A DNA stretch of 64,000 nt from Laetmonice hystrix (Eukaryota). The position numbers and the translations under genes are program-made. The notes below the pieces were generated by a model, which worked only from the letters and a program-made list of their open reading frames with translations, ran no database searches and was not told where the DNA came from. The stretch lies in NCBI GenBank assembly GCA_965235115.1, contig OZ249436.1:27034001-27098000 (forward strand). Reading direction: 5' to 3'. This document shows, in pieces, positions 27,474 through 42,500 of this stretch (position 1 is its first letter; every line of letters starts with the position of its first letter).

Positions 27474-28094
27474 ATTCATCATTGTTGATTTTTACTATAG
27501 TCATTCAGTTACAACAAGACAAGAATTATATGTGTGCAGGGGTGGCGTCGTGACACAGTGCAGATATTTCATCTGAAGGGTCAACTCCCACAAACTTTTT
27601 TTCACTGTTTTCTTTTGTGATTTTTTGGGTATTTTTCCCCTTTTCTTCTATACTACCACCTCCAACCACCCAGAGTGACGCTCCAGTACAGCGAAATCAA
27701 ATTAACCTTGATATAAACACCCAGCAGACATATCTCAGTACTGCGACATCCATTACCCACAAACTTTTGTTTCATTTTTTTCTCTTTTGATTTTTTGGGG
27801 CTATTTTTCGTTTTTCTTCTATACTACCACCTCCAACCAATCCTATATCCCCCTTCCCAATCCCTGACATGACTGATTGGTCTTCAGACATTCCCTCCAA
27901 ACACTTAGCCGACATCTCATCCCCTTCCCAATCCACATGCTGTGGCTGTCTGGCCCTCAGACATTACCTCTAACCACACAACCAACACCTTCCCCACACT
28001 CACTCCCACAGGGTGATGAAACGAATGGGGCCTATTGTGACCCGGGCCCCAAGGGGAATGACAATGATCATAAATGATGATAAGATGACTCGAT
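27474..28094. repeat. Island A copy 6 (follows island B copy 4)
   Basis: Near-identical to 630-1250, offset 26844. Confidence 0.92.
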
Positions 28095-31000
28095 TTCCCA
28101 ACCCCTATAATATGGCTAACTGGCCGTGTGACGTTAACCCTAACCACTCAGCCAACACCTTCCCCCCTCTTTCCAATCCCAATGATATGGTTGACTGGCC
28201 CTCAGATGTTACCCCTAACCACTCAGCCAACACCCTTCATGTTCCCAATCCCCATGATATGGCTGACTGGCCCTCACTCATTACCCCGAACCACTCAGCC
28301 AACACCCTCCCTCTACCCAATCCCCATGATATGGCTGACTGGCCCTTAGACATTACCCCGAACCACTCAACCAACACCCTCCCTCTTCCCAATCCCCATG
28401 ATATGGCTGACTGGCCCTCAGACATTACCCCGAACCACTCAGCCAACACCCTCCCTCTTCCCAATCCCCATGATATGGCTGACTGGCCCTCAGACATTAC
28501 CCCGCACCACCCAGCCAACACCCTCCCTCTTTCCAATCCCCAGGATATGGCTGACTGACCCTCAGACATTACCCCGAACCACTCAGCCAACACCCTCCCC
28601 CTTCCCAATCCCCATGATATGGCTGACTGGCCCTTAGACATTATCCCAAAGCACCCAGCCAACACCATCCCCCTTCCCAATCCCCATGATATGGCTGACT
28701 GGTCCTCAGACATTACCCCGAACCACAGAGCCAACACCCTCCCTCGACCTAATCCCCATGATATGGCTGACTGGCCCTCAGACATTACCCCGAACCACTC
28801 ACAGCCAACACCCTCCCTCTTCCCAATCCCCATGACATGGCTGACTGGCCCTCAGACATTACCCCGAACCACTCACCCAACACCCTCCCTCTTCCCAATC
28901 CCCATGATATGGCTGACTCGCCCTTAGACATTACCCCGAACCACTCAGCCAACACCTTCATCCCTTCACAGTCTCCATGATATGGCCGACTGGCCCTTAG
29001 ACATTACCCCGAACCACTCAGCCAACACCCTCCCTCTTGCCAATCCCCATGATATGGCTGACTGGCCCTTAGACATTACCCCGAACCACTCAGCCAACAC
29101 CCTCCCACTTCCCAATCCCCATGATATGGCTGACTGGCCCTTAGACATTACCCCGAAACACTCAGCCAACACCTTCATCCCTTCACAATCTCCATGATAT
29201 GGCCGACTGGCCCTTAGACATTACCCCGAACCACTCAGCCAACACCCTCCCTCTTGCCAATCCCCATGATATGGCTGACCGGCCCTTAGACATTACCCCG
29301 AACCACTCAGCCAACACCCTCCCTCTTGCCAATCCCCATGATATGGCTGACTGGCCCTTAGACATTACCCCGAACCACTCAGCCAACACCTTCCCTCTTC
29401 CCAATCCCCATGATATGGCTGACTGGCCCTCAGACATTACCCCGAACCACTCAGCCAACAGCCTCCCCCTTCCCAATCCCCATGATATGGCTGACTGGCC
29501 CTTAGACATTACCCCGAACCACCCAGCCAACACCCTCCCTCTTCCCAATCCCCATGATATGGCTGACTGGCCCTCAGACATTACCCCGAACCACTCAGCC
29601 AACACGCTCCTTCTTCCCAATCCCCATGATATGGCTGAATGTCCCTCACACATTACCCCGAACCACTCAGCCAACCCCCTCCCTCTTCCCAATCCCCACG
29701 ATATGGCTGACTGGCCCTTAGACATTACCCGGACCACTCAGCCAACACCCTCCCTCTTGCCAATCCCCATGATATGGCTGACTGGCCCTTAGACATTACC
29801 CCGAACCACTCAGCCAACACCTTCCCCCCTTTTTCCAATCCCAATGATATGGTTGACAGGCCCTGAGATGTTACCCCTAACCACTCAGCCAACATCCTCC
29901 CTCTTCCCAATCCCCATGATATGGCTGACTGGCCCTCAGACATTACCCCGAACCACTCAGCCAACACCCTCCCCTTCCCAATTCCATGATATGGCTGACT
30001 GGCCCTTAGACATTATCCCAAACCACCCAGCCAACACCCTCCCTCTTCCCAATCCCCATGATATGGCTGACTGGCCCTCACTCATTACCCCGAACCACTC
30101 AGCCAACACTCTCCCCCTTCCCAATCCCATGATATGGCTGACTGGCCCTCAGACATTACCCCGAACGACTGAGCCAACACGCTCCCTCTTCCCAATCCCC
30201 ATGATATGGCTGAATGTCCCTCACACATTACCCCGAACCACTCAGCCAACCCCCTCCCTCTTCCAAATCCCCACGATATGGCTGACTGGCCCTTACACAT
30301 TACCCGGACCACTCAGCCAACACCCTCCCTCTTGCCAATCCCCATGATATGGTTGACTGGCCCTCAGATGTTACCCCTAACCACTCAGCCAACACCCTTC
30401 ATGTTCCCAATCCCCATGATATGGCTGACTGACCCTCACTCATTACCCCGAACCACTCAGCCAACCCCCTCCCTCTTCCCAATCCCCACGATATGGCTGA
30501 GTGGCCCTTAGGCATTACCCGGACCACTCAGCCAACACCCTCCCTCTTGCCAATCCCCATGATATGGCTGACTGGCCCTCAGACATTACCCCGAACGACT
30601 GAGCCAACACGCTCCCTCTTCCCAATCCCCATGATACGGCTGAATGTCCCTCACACATTACCCCGAACCACTCAGCCAACCCCCTCCCTCTTCCCAATCC
30701 CCACGATATGGCTGACTGGCCCTTAGGCATTACCCCGAACCACTCAGCCAACACCCTCCCTCTTCCCAATCCCCATGATATGGCTGACTGGCCCTTGGAC
30801 ATTACCCCGAACCACTCAGCCAACACCTTCCCCCCTCTTTCCAATCCCAATGATATGGTTGACTGGCCCTCAGATGTTACCCCTAACCACTCAGCCAACA
30901 CCCTTCATGTTCCCAATCCCCATGATATGGCTGACTGGCCCTCACTCATTACCCCGAACCACTCAGCCAACACCCTCCCTCTACCCAATCCCCATGATAT

Positions 31001-33039
31001 GGCTGACTGGCCCTTAGCCATTACCCCGAACCACTCAGCCAACACCCTCCCTCTTCCCTATCCCCATGATATGGCTGACTGACCCTCAGACATTACCCCG
31101 AACCACTCAGCCAACACCCTCCCCTTCCCAATCCCATGATATGGCTGACTGGCCCTTAGACATTATCCCAAACCACCCAGCCAACACCCTCCCTCTTCCC
31201 AATCCCCATGATATGGCTGACTGTCCCTCAGACATTACCCCGAACCACTCAGCCAACACCCTCCCACTTCCCAATCCCCATGATATGGCTGACTGGCCCT
31301 TAGACATTACCCGGACCACTCACCCAACACCCTCCCTCTTGCCAATCCCCATGATATGGCTGACTGGCCCTTAGACATTATCCCAAAGCACCCAGCCAAC
31401 ACCCTCCCCCTTCCCAATCCCCATGATATGGCTGACTGGTCCTTAGACATTACCCCGAACCACAGAGCCAACACCCTCCCTCGACCCAATCCCCATGATA
31501 TGGCTGACTGGCCCTCAGACATTACCCCGAACCACTCACAGCCAACACCCTCCCTCTTCCCAATCCCCATGACATGGCTGACTGGCCCTCAGACATTACC
31601 CCGAACCACTCAGCCAACACCCTCCCTCTTCCCAATCCCCATGATATGGCTGACTGGCCCTTAGACATTACCCCGAACCACTCAGCCAACACCCTCCCAC
31701 TTCCCAATCCCCATGATATGGCTGACTGGCCCTCAGACATTACCCCGAACCACTCACAGCCAACACCCTCCCTCTTCCCAATCCCCATGACATGGCTGAC
31801 TGGCCCTCAGACATTACCCCGAACCACTCAGCCAACACCCTCCCTCTTCCCAATCCCCATGATATGGCTGACTCGCCCTTAGACATTACCCCGAACCACT
31901 CAGCCAACACCTTCATCCCTTCACAGTCTCCATGATATGGCCGACTGGCCCTTAGACATTACCCCGAACCACTCAGCCAACACCCTCCCTCTTGCCAATC
32001 CCCATGATATGGCTGACTGGCCCTTAGACATTACCCCGAACCACTCAGCCAACACCCTCCCACTTCCCAATCCCCATGATATGGCTGACTGGCCCTTAGA
32101 CATTACCCCGAAACACTCAGCCAACACCTTCATCCCTTCACAATCTCCATGATATGGCCGACTGGCCCTTAGACATTACCCCGAACCACTCAGCCAACAC
32201 CCTCCCTCTTGCCAATCCCCATGATATGGCTGACTGGCCCTCAGACATTACCCCGAACCACTCAGCCAACACCCTCCCTCTTGCCAATCCCCATGATATG
32301 GCTGACTGGCCCTTAGACATTACCCCGAACCACTCAGCCAACACCTTCCCTCTTCCCAATCCCCATGATATGGCTGACTGGCCCTCAGACATTACCCCGA
32401 ACCACTCAGCCAACAGCCTCCCCCTTCCCAATCCCCATGATATGGCTGACTGGCCCTTAGACATTACCCCGAACCACCCAGCCAACACCCTCCCTCTTCC
32501 CAATCCCCATGATATGGCTGACTGGTCCTCAGACATTACCCCGAACCACTCAGCCAACACCCTCCCTCTACCCAATCCCCATGATATGGCTGACTGGCCC
32601 TTAGACATTACCCCGAACCACTCAGCCAACACCCTCCCTCTTCCCAATCCCCATGATATGGCTGACTGGCCCTCAGACATTACCCCGAACCACTCAGCCA
32701 ACACCCTCCCTCTTCCCAATCCCCATGATATGGCTGACTGGCCCTCAGACATTACCCCGAACCACCCACCCAACACCCTCCCTCTTTCCATTCCCCATGA
32801 TATGGCTGACTGACCCCCAGACATTACCCCGAACCACTCAGCCAACACCCTCCCCCTTCCCAATCCCATGATATGGCTGACTGGCCCTTAGACATTATCC
32901 CAAACCACCCAGCCAACACCCTCCCTCTTCCCAATCCCCATGATATGGCTGACTGTCCCTCAGACATTACCCCGAACCACTCAGCCAACACCCTCCCTCT
33001 TCCCAATCCCCATGATATGGCTGACTGGCCCTCAGACAT

Positions 33040-33048
33040 TACCCCGAA
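33040..33048. other. Empty (pre-insertion) target site of island B
   Basis: A single TACCCCGAA followed by the diagnostic variant CAACTCAACCAA, which otherwise occurs only right of B. Upstream monomer variants are in the same order and island A follows. Confidence 0.85.
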
Positions 33049-33205
33049 CAACTCAACCAACACCCTCCCTCTTCCCAATCCCCATGATATGGCTGACTGG
33101 CCCTTAGACATTACCCCGAACCACTCAGCCAACACCTTCCCCTCTTCCTAATCCCCATGATACGGCTGTCTGGCCCTAAGACATTCCCTCAAACCACTCA
33201 ACCAA

Positions 33206-33826
33206 ATTCATCATTGTTGATTTTTACTATAGTCATTCAGTTACAACAAGACAAGAATTATATGTGTGCAGGGGTGGCGTCGTGACACAGTGCAGATATT
33301 TCATCTGAAGGGTCAACTCCCACAAACTTTTTTTCATTGTTTTCTTTTGTGATTTTTTGGGTATTTTTCCCCTTTTCTTCTATACTACCACCTCCAACCA
33401 CCCAGAGTGACGCTCCAGTACAGCGAAATCAAATTAACCTTGATATAAACACCCAGCAGACATATCTCAGTACTGCGACATCCATTACCCACAAACTTTT
33501 GTTTCATTTTTTTCTCTTTTGATTTTTTGGGGCTATTTTTCGTTTTTCTTCTATACTACCACCTCCAACCAATCCTATATCCCCCTTCCCAATCCCTGAC
33601 ATGACTGATTGGTCTTCAGACATTCCCTCCAAACACTTAGCCGACATCTCATCCCCTTCCCAATCCACATGCTGTGGCTGTCTGGCCCTCAGACATTACC
33701 TCTAACCACACAACCAACACCTTCCCCACACTCACTACCACAGGGTGATGAAACGAATGGGGCCTATTGTGACCCGGGCCCCAAGGGGAATGACAATGAT
33801 CATAAATGATGATAAGATGACTAGAT
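33206..33826. repeat. Island A copy 7 (follows empty B site)
   Basis: Near-identical to 630-1250, offset 32576. Confidence 0.92.
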
Positions 33827-36800
33827 TTCCCAACCCCTATAATATGGCTAACTGGCCGTGTGACGTTAACCCTAACCACTCAGCCAACACCTTCCCCCCT
33901 CTTTCCAATCCCAATGATATGGTTGACTGGCCCTAAGATGTTACCCCTAACCACTCAGCCAACACCCTTCATGTTCCCAATCCCCATGATATGGCTGACT
34001 GGCCCTCACTCATTACCCCGAACCACTCAGCCAACACCCTCCCTCTACCCAATCCCCATGATATGGCTGACTGGCCCTTAGACATTACCCCGAACCACTC
34101 AACCAACACCCTCCCTCTTCCCAATCCCCATGATATGGCTGACTGGCCCTCAGACATTACCCCGAACCACTCAGCCAACACCCTCCCTCTTCCCAATCCC
34201 CATGATATGGCTGACTGGCCCTCAGACATTACCCCGCACCACCCAGCCAACACCCTCCCTCTTTCCAATCCCCAGGATATGGCTGACTGACCCTCAGACA
34301 TTACCCCGAACCACTCAGCCAACACCCTCCCCCTTCCCAATCCCCATGATATGGCTGACTGGCCCTTAGACATTATCCCAAAGCACCCAGCCAACACCCT
34401 CCCCCTTCCCAATCCCCATGATATGGCTGACTGGTCCTCAGACATTACCCCGAACCACAGAGCCAACACCCTCCCTCGACCCAATCCCCATGATATGGCT
34501 GACTGGCCCTCAGACATTACCCCGAACCACTCACAGCCAACACCCTCCCTCTTCCCAATCCCCATGACATGGCTGACTGGCCCTCAGACATTACCCCGAA
34601 CCACTCAGCCAACACCCTCCCTCTTCCCAATCCCCATGATATGGCTGACTGGCCCTCAGACATTACCCCGCACCACCCAGCCAACACCCTCCCTCTTTCC
34701 AATCCCCAGGATATGGCTGACTGACCCTCAGACATTACCCCGAACCACTCAGCCAACACCCTCCCCCTTCCCAATCCCCATGATATGGCTGACTGGCCCT
34801 TAGACATTATCCCAAAGCACCCAGCCAACACCCTCCCCCTTCCCAATCCCCATGATATGGCTGACTGGTCCTCAGACATTACCCCGAACCACAGAGCCAA
34901 CACCCTCCCTCGACCCAATCCCCATGATATGGCTGACTGGCCCTCAGACATTACCCCGAACCACTCACAGCCAACACCCTCCCTCTTCCCAATCCCCATG
35001 ACATGGCTGACTGGCCCTCAGACATTACCCCGAACCACTCAGCCAACACCCTCCCTCTTCCCAATCCCCATGATATGGCTGACTCGCCCTTAGACATTAC
35101 CCCGAACCACTCAGCCAACACCTTCATCCCTTCACAGTCTCCATGATATGGCCGACTGGCCCTTAGACATTACCCCGAACCACTCAGCCAACACCCTCCC
35201 TCTTGCCAATCCCCATGATATGGCTGACTGGCCCTTAGACATTACCCCGAACCACTCAGCCAACACCCTCCCACTTCCCAATCCCCATGATATGGCTGAC
35301 TGGCCCTTAGACATTACCCCGAAACACTCAGCCAACACCTTCATCCCTTCACAATCTCCATGATATGGCCGACTGGCCCTTAGACATTACCCCGAACCAC
35401 TCAGCCAACACCCTCCCTCTTGCCAATCCCCATGATATGGCTGACTGGCCCTTAGACATTACCCCGAACCACTCAGCCAACACCCTCCCTCTTGCCAATC
35501 CCCATGATATGGCTGACTGGCCCTTAGACATTACCCCGAACCACTCAGCCAACACCTTCCCTCTTCCCAATCCCCATGATATGGCTGACTGGCCCTCAGA
35601 CATTACCCCGAACCACTCAGCCAACAGCCTCCCCCTTCCCAATCCCCATGATATGGCTGACTGGCCCTTAGACATTACCCCGAACCACCCAGCCAACACC
35701 CTCCCTCTTCCCAATCCCCATGATATGGCTGACTGGCCCTCAGACATTACCCCGAACCACTCAGCCAACACCCTCCCTCTTCCCAATCCCCATGATATGG
35801 CTGACTCGCCCTTAGACATTACCCCGAACCACTCAGCCAACACCTTCATCCCTTCACAGTCTCCATGATATGGCCGACTGGCCCTTAGACATTACCCCGA
35901 ACCACTCAGCCAACACCCTCCCTCTTGCCAATCCCCATGATATGGCTGACTGGCCCTTAGACATTACCCCGAACCACTCAGCCAACACCCTCCCACTTCC
36001 CAATCCCCATGATATGGCTGACTGGCCCTTAGACATTACCCCGAAACACTCAGCCAACACCTTCATCCCTTCACAATCTCCATGATATGGCCGACTGGCC
36101 CTTAGACATTACCCCGAACCACTCAGCCAACACCCTCCCTCTTGCCAATCCCCATGATATGGCTGACTGGCCCTCAGACATTACCCCGAACCACTCAGCC
36201 AACACCCTCCCTCTTGCCAATCCCCATGATATGGCTGACTGGCCCTTAGACATTACCCCGAACCACTCAGCCAACACCTTCCCTCTTCCCAATCCCCATG
36301 ATATGGCTGACTGGCCCTCAGACATTACCCCGAACCACTCAGCCAACAGCCTCCCCCTTCCCAATCCCCATGATATGGCTGACTGGCCCTTAGACATTAC
36401 CCCGAACCACCCAGCCAACACCCTCCCTCTTCCCAATCCCCATGATATGGCTGACTGGTCCTCAGACATTACCCCGAACCACTCAGCCAACACCCTCCCT
36501 CTACCCAATCCCCATGATATGGCTGACTGGCCCTTAGACATTACCCCGAACCACTCAGCCAACACCCTCCCTCTTCCCAATCCCCATGATATGGCTGACT
36601 GGCCCTCAGACATTACCCCGAACCACTCAGCCAACACCCTCCCTCTTCCCAATCCCCATGATATGGCTGACTGGCCCTCAGACATTACCCCGAACCACCC
36701 ACCCAACACCCTCCCTCTTTCCATTCCCCATGATATGGCTGACTGACCCCCAGACATTACCCCGAACCACTCAGCCAACACCCTCCCCCTTCCTAATCCC

Positions 36801-36972
36801 ATGATATGGCTGACTGGCCCTTAGACATTATCCCAAACCACCCAGCCAACACCCTCCCTCTTCCCAATCCCCATGATATGGCTGACTGTCCCTCAGACAT
36901 TACCCCGAACCACTCAGCCAACACCCTCCCTCTTCCCAATCCCCATGATATGGCTGACTGGCCCTCAGACAT

Positions 36973-36981
36973 TACCCCGAA
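36973..36981. other. Empty target site of island B, second copy
   Basis: Same as 33040-33048, offset 3933. Confidence 0.85.
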
Positions 36982-37138
36982 CAACTCAACCAACACCCTC
37001 CCTCTTCCCAATCCCCATGATATGGCTGACTGGCCCTTAGACATTACCCCGAACCACTCAGCCAACACCTTCCCCTCTTCCTAATCCCCATGATATGGCT
37101 GACTGGCCCTAAGACATTACCTCAAACCACTCAACCAA

Positions 37139-37759
37139 ATTCATCATTGTTGATTTTTACTATAGTCACTCAGTTACAACAAGACAAGAATTATATGTGT
37201 GCAGGGGTGGCGTCGTGACACAGTGCAGATATTTCATCTGAAGGGTCAACTCCCACAAACTTTTTTTCATTGTTTTCTTTTGTGATTTTTTGGGTATTTT
37301 TCCCCTTTTCTTCTATACTACCACCTCCAACCACCCAGAGTGACGCTCCAGTACAGCGAAATCAAATTAACCTTGATATAAACACCCAGCAGACATATCT
37401 GAGTACTGCGACATCCATTACCCACAAACTTTTGTTTCATTTTTTTCTCTTTTGATTTTTTGGGGCTATTTTTCGTTTTTCTTCTATACTACCACCTCCA
37501 ACCAATCCTATATCCCCCTTCCAAATCCCTGACATGACTGATTGGTCTTCAGACATTCCCTCCAAACACTTAGCCGACATCTCATCCCCTTCCCAATCCA
37601 CATGCTGTGGCTGTCTGGCCCTCAGACATTACCTCTAACCACACAACCAACACCTTCCCCACACTCACTACCACAGGGTGATGAAACGAATGGGGCCTAT
37701 TGTGACCCGGGCCCCAAGGGGAATGACAATGATCATAAATGATGATAAGATGACTCGAT
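37139..37759. repeat. Island A copy 8 (follows empty B site)
   Basis: Near-identical to 630-1250, offset 36509. Confidence 0.92.
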
Positions 37760-39562
37760 TTCCCAACCCCTATAATATGGCTAACTGGCCGTGTGACGTT
37801 AACCCTAACCACTCAGCCAACACCTTCCCCCCTCTTTCCAATCCCAATGATATGGTTGACTGGCCCTCAGATGTTACCCCTAACCACTCAGCCAACACCC
37901 TTCATGTTCCCAATCCCCATGATATGGCTGACTGGCCCTCACTCATTACCCCGAACCACTCAGCCAACACCCTCCCTCTACCCAATCCCCATGATATGGC
38001 TGACTGGCCCTTAGACATTACCCCGAACCACTCAACCAACACCCTCCCTCTTCCCAATCCCCATGATATGGCTGACTGGCCCTCAGACATTACCCCGAAC
38101 CACTCAGCCAACACCCTCCCTCTTCCCAATCCCCATGATATGGCTGACTGGCCCTCAGACATTACCCCGCACCACCCAGCCAACACCCTCCCTCTTTCCA
38201 ATCCCCAGGATATGGCTGACTGACCCTCAGACATTACCCCGAACCACTCAGCCAACACCCTCCCCCTTCCCAATCCCCATGATATGGCTGACTGGCCCTT
38301 AGACATTATCCCAAAGCACCCAGCCAACACCCTCCCCCTTCCCAATCCCCATGATATGGCTGACTGGTCCTCAGACATTACCCCGAACCACAGAGCCAAC
38401 ACCCTCCCTCGACCCAATCCCCATGATATGGCTGACTGGCCCTCAGACATTACCCCGAACCACTCACAGCCAACACCCTCCCTCTTCCCAATCCCCATGA
38501 CATGGCTGACTGGCCCTCAGACATTACCCCGAACCACTCAGCCAACACCCTCCCTCTTCCCAATCCCCATGATATGGCTGACTCGCCCTTAGACATTACC
38601 CCGAACCACTCAGCCAACACCTTCATCCCTTCACAGTCTCCATGATATGGCCGACTGGCCCTTAGACATTACCCCGAACCACTCAGCCAACACCCTCCCT
38701 CTTGCCAATCCCCATGATATGGCTGACTGGCCCTTAGACATTACCCCGAACCACTCAGCCAACACCCTCCCACTTCCCAATCCCCATGATATGGCTGACT
38801 GGCCCTTAGACATTACCCCGAAACACTCAGCCAACACCTTCATCCCTTCACAATCCCCATGATATGGCTGACTGGCCCTTAGACATTACCCCGAACCACC
38901 CAGCCAACACCCTCCCTCTTCCCAATCCCCATGATATGGCCGACTGGCCCTCAGACATTACCCCGAACCACTCAGCCAACACGCTCCTTCTTCCCAATCC
39001 CCATGATATGGCTGAATGTCCCTCACACATTACCCCGAACCACTCAGCCAACCCCCTCCCTCTTCCCAATCCCCACGATATGGCTGAATGGCCCTTAGAC
39101 ATTACCCGGACCACTCAGCCAACACCCTCCCTCTTGCCAATCCCCATGATATGGCTGACTGGCCCTTAGACATTACCCCGAACCACTCAGCCAACACCCT
39201 CCCCTTCCCAATCCCATGATATGGCTGACTGGCCCTTAGACATTATCCCAAACCACCCAGCCAACACCCTCCCTCTTCCCAATCCCCATGATATGGCTGA
39301 CTGGCCCTCACTCATTACCCCGAACCACTCAGCCAACACTCTCCCCCTTCCCAATCCCATGATATGGCTGACTGGCCCTCAGACATTACCCCGAACGACT
39401 GAGCCAACACGCTCCCTCTTCCCAATCCCCATGATATGGCTGAATGTCCCTCACACATTACCCCGAACCACTCAGCCAACACCCTCCCCTTCCCAATCCC
39501 ATGATATGGCTGACTGGCCCTTAGACATTATCCCAAACCACCCAGCCAACACCCTCCCTCTT

Positions 39563-42500
39563 CCCAATCCCCATGATATGGCTGACTGTCCCTCAGACAT
39601 TACCCCGAACCACTCAGCCAACACCCTCCCTCTTCCCAATCCCCATGATATGGCTGACTGGCCCTTAGACATTACCCGGACCACTCAGCCAACACCCTCC
39701 CTCTTGCCAATCCCCATGATATGGCTGACTGGCCCTCAGACATTACCCCGAACCACTCAGCCAACACCCTCCCCTTCCCAATCCCATGATATGGCTGACT
39801 GGCCCTTAGACATTATCCCAAACCACCCAGCCAACACCCTCCCTCTTCCCAATCCCCGTGATATGGCTGACTGGCCCTCACTCATTACCCCGAACCACTC
39901 AGCCAACACTCTCCCCCTTCCCAATCCCATGATATGGCTGACTGGCCCTCAGACATTACCCCGAACGACTGAGCCAACACGCTCCCTCTTCCCAATCCCC
40001 ATGATATGGCTGAATGTCCCTCACACATTACCCCGAACCACTCAGCCAACACCCTCCCCTTCCCAATCCCATGATATGGCTGACTGGCCCTTAGACATTA
40101 TCCCAAACCACGCAACCAACACCCTCCCTCTTCCCAATCCCCATGATATGGCTGACTGTCCCTCAGACATTACCCCGAACCACTCAGCCAACACCCTCCC
40201 ACTTCCCAATCCCCATGATATGGCTGACTGGCCCTTAGACATTACCCGGACCACTCACCCAACACCCTCCCTCTTGCCAATCCCCATGATATGGCTGACT
40301 GGCCCTTAGACATTACCCCGAACCACTCAGTCAACACCTTCCCCCCTCTTTCCAATCCCAATGATATGGTTGACTGGCCCTCAGATGTTACCCCTAACCA
40401 CTCAGCCAACACCCTTCATGTTCCCAATCCCCATGATATGGCTGACTGGCCCTCACTCATTACCACTAACCACTCAGCCAACACCCTCCCTCTTCCCAAT
40501 CCCCATGATATGGCTGACTGGCCCTTAGACATTACCCCGAACCACTCAACCAACACCCTCCCTCTTCCCAATCCCCATGATATGGCTGACTGGCCCTCAG
40601 ATTTTACCCCGAACCACTCAGCCAACACCCTCCCTCTTCCCAATCCCCATGATATTGCTGACTGGCCCTCAGACATTACCCCGAACCACCCAGCCAACAC
40701 CCTCCCTCTTTCCAATCCCCATGATATGGCTGACTGACCCTCAGACATTACCCCGAACCACTCAGCCAACACCCTCCCCCTTCCCAATCCCCATGATATG
40801 GCTGACTGGCCCTTAGACATTATCCCAAAGCACCCAGCCAACACCCTCCCCCTTCCCAATCCCCATGATATGGCTGACTGGTCCTCAGACATTACCCCAA
40901 ACCACTGAGCCAACACCCTCCCTCGACCCAATCCCCATGATATGGCTGACTGGCCCTCAGACATTACCCCGAACCACTCACAGCCAACACCCTCCCTCTT
41001 TCAAATCCCCATGATATGGCTGACTGACCCTCAGACATTACCCCGAACCACTCAGCCAACACCCTCCCCCTTCCCAATCCCCATGATATGGCTGACTGGC
41101 CCTTAGACATTACCCCGAAGCACTCAGCCAACACCCTCCCTCTTCCCAATCCCCATGATATGGCTGACTGGCCCTCAGACATTACCCCGAACCACTCAGC
41201 CAACACCCTCCCTCTTCCCAATCCCCATGATATGGCTGACTGGCCCTTAGACATTACCCCGAACCACTCAGCCAACACCCTCCCTCTTCCCAATCCCCAT
41301 GATATGGCTGACTGGCCCTTAGACATTACCCCGAACCACTCAGCCAACACCCTCCCTCTTCCCAATCCCCATGATATGGCTGACTGGCCCTCAGACATTA
41401 CCCCGAACCACTCAGCCAACACCCTCCCTCTTCCCAATCCCCATGATATGGCTGACTGGCCCTCAGACATTACCCCGAACCACTCAGCCAACACCCTCCC
41501 TCTTCCCAATCCCCATGATATGGCTGACTGGCCCTCAGACATTACCCCGCACCACCCAGCCAACACCCTCCCTCTTTCCAATCCCCAGGATATGGCTGAC
41601 TGACCCTCAGACATTACCCCGAACCACTCAGCCAACACCCTCCCCCTTCCCAATCCCCATGATATGGCTGACTGGCCCTTAGACATTATCCCAAAGCACC
41701 CAGCCAACACCCTCCCCCTTCCCAATCCCCATGATATGGCTGACTGGTCCTCAGACATTACCCCGAACCACAGAGCCAACACCCTCCCTCGACCCAATCC
41801 CCATGATATGGCTGACTGGCCCTCAGACATTACCCCGAACCACTCACAGCCAACACCCTCCCTCTTCCCAATCCCCATGACATGGCTGACTGGCCCTCAG
41901 ACATTACCCCGAACCACTCAGCCAACACCCTCCCTCTTCCCAATCCCCATGATATGGCTGACTCGCCCTTAGACATTACCCCGAACCACTCAGCCAACAC
42001 CTTCATCCCTTCACAGTCTCCATGATATGGCCGACTGGCCCTTAGACATTACCCCGAACCACTCAGCCAACACCCTCCCTCTTGCCAATCCCCATGATAT
42101 GGCTGACTGGCCCTTAGACATTACCCCGAACCACTCAGCCAACACCCTCCCACTTCCCAATCCCCATGATATGGCTGACTGGCCCTTAGACATTACCCCG
42201 AAACACTCAGCCAACACCTCCATCCCTTCACAATCTCCATGATATGGCCGACTGGCCCTTAGACATTACCCCGAACCACTCAGCCAACACCCTCCCTCTT
42301 GCCAATCCCCATGATATGGCTGACTGGCCCTTAGACATTACCCCGAACCACTCAGCCAACACCCTCCCTCTTGCCAATCCCCATGATATGGCTGACTGGC
42401 CCTTAGACATTACCCCGAACCACTCAGCCAACACCTTCCCTCTTCCCAATCCCCATGATATGGCTGACTGGCCCTCAGACATTACCCCGAACCACTCAGC

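Larger units (their letters stand above)
31800..38850. repeat. Near-tandem duplication with 3933-bp offset
   Basis: 31921 vs 35854, 33609 vs 37542. The offset becomes 3499 after a nested 434-bp duplication (34351 vs 34785). Ends are approximate. Confidence 0.78.
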
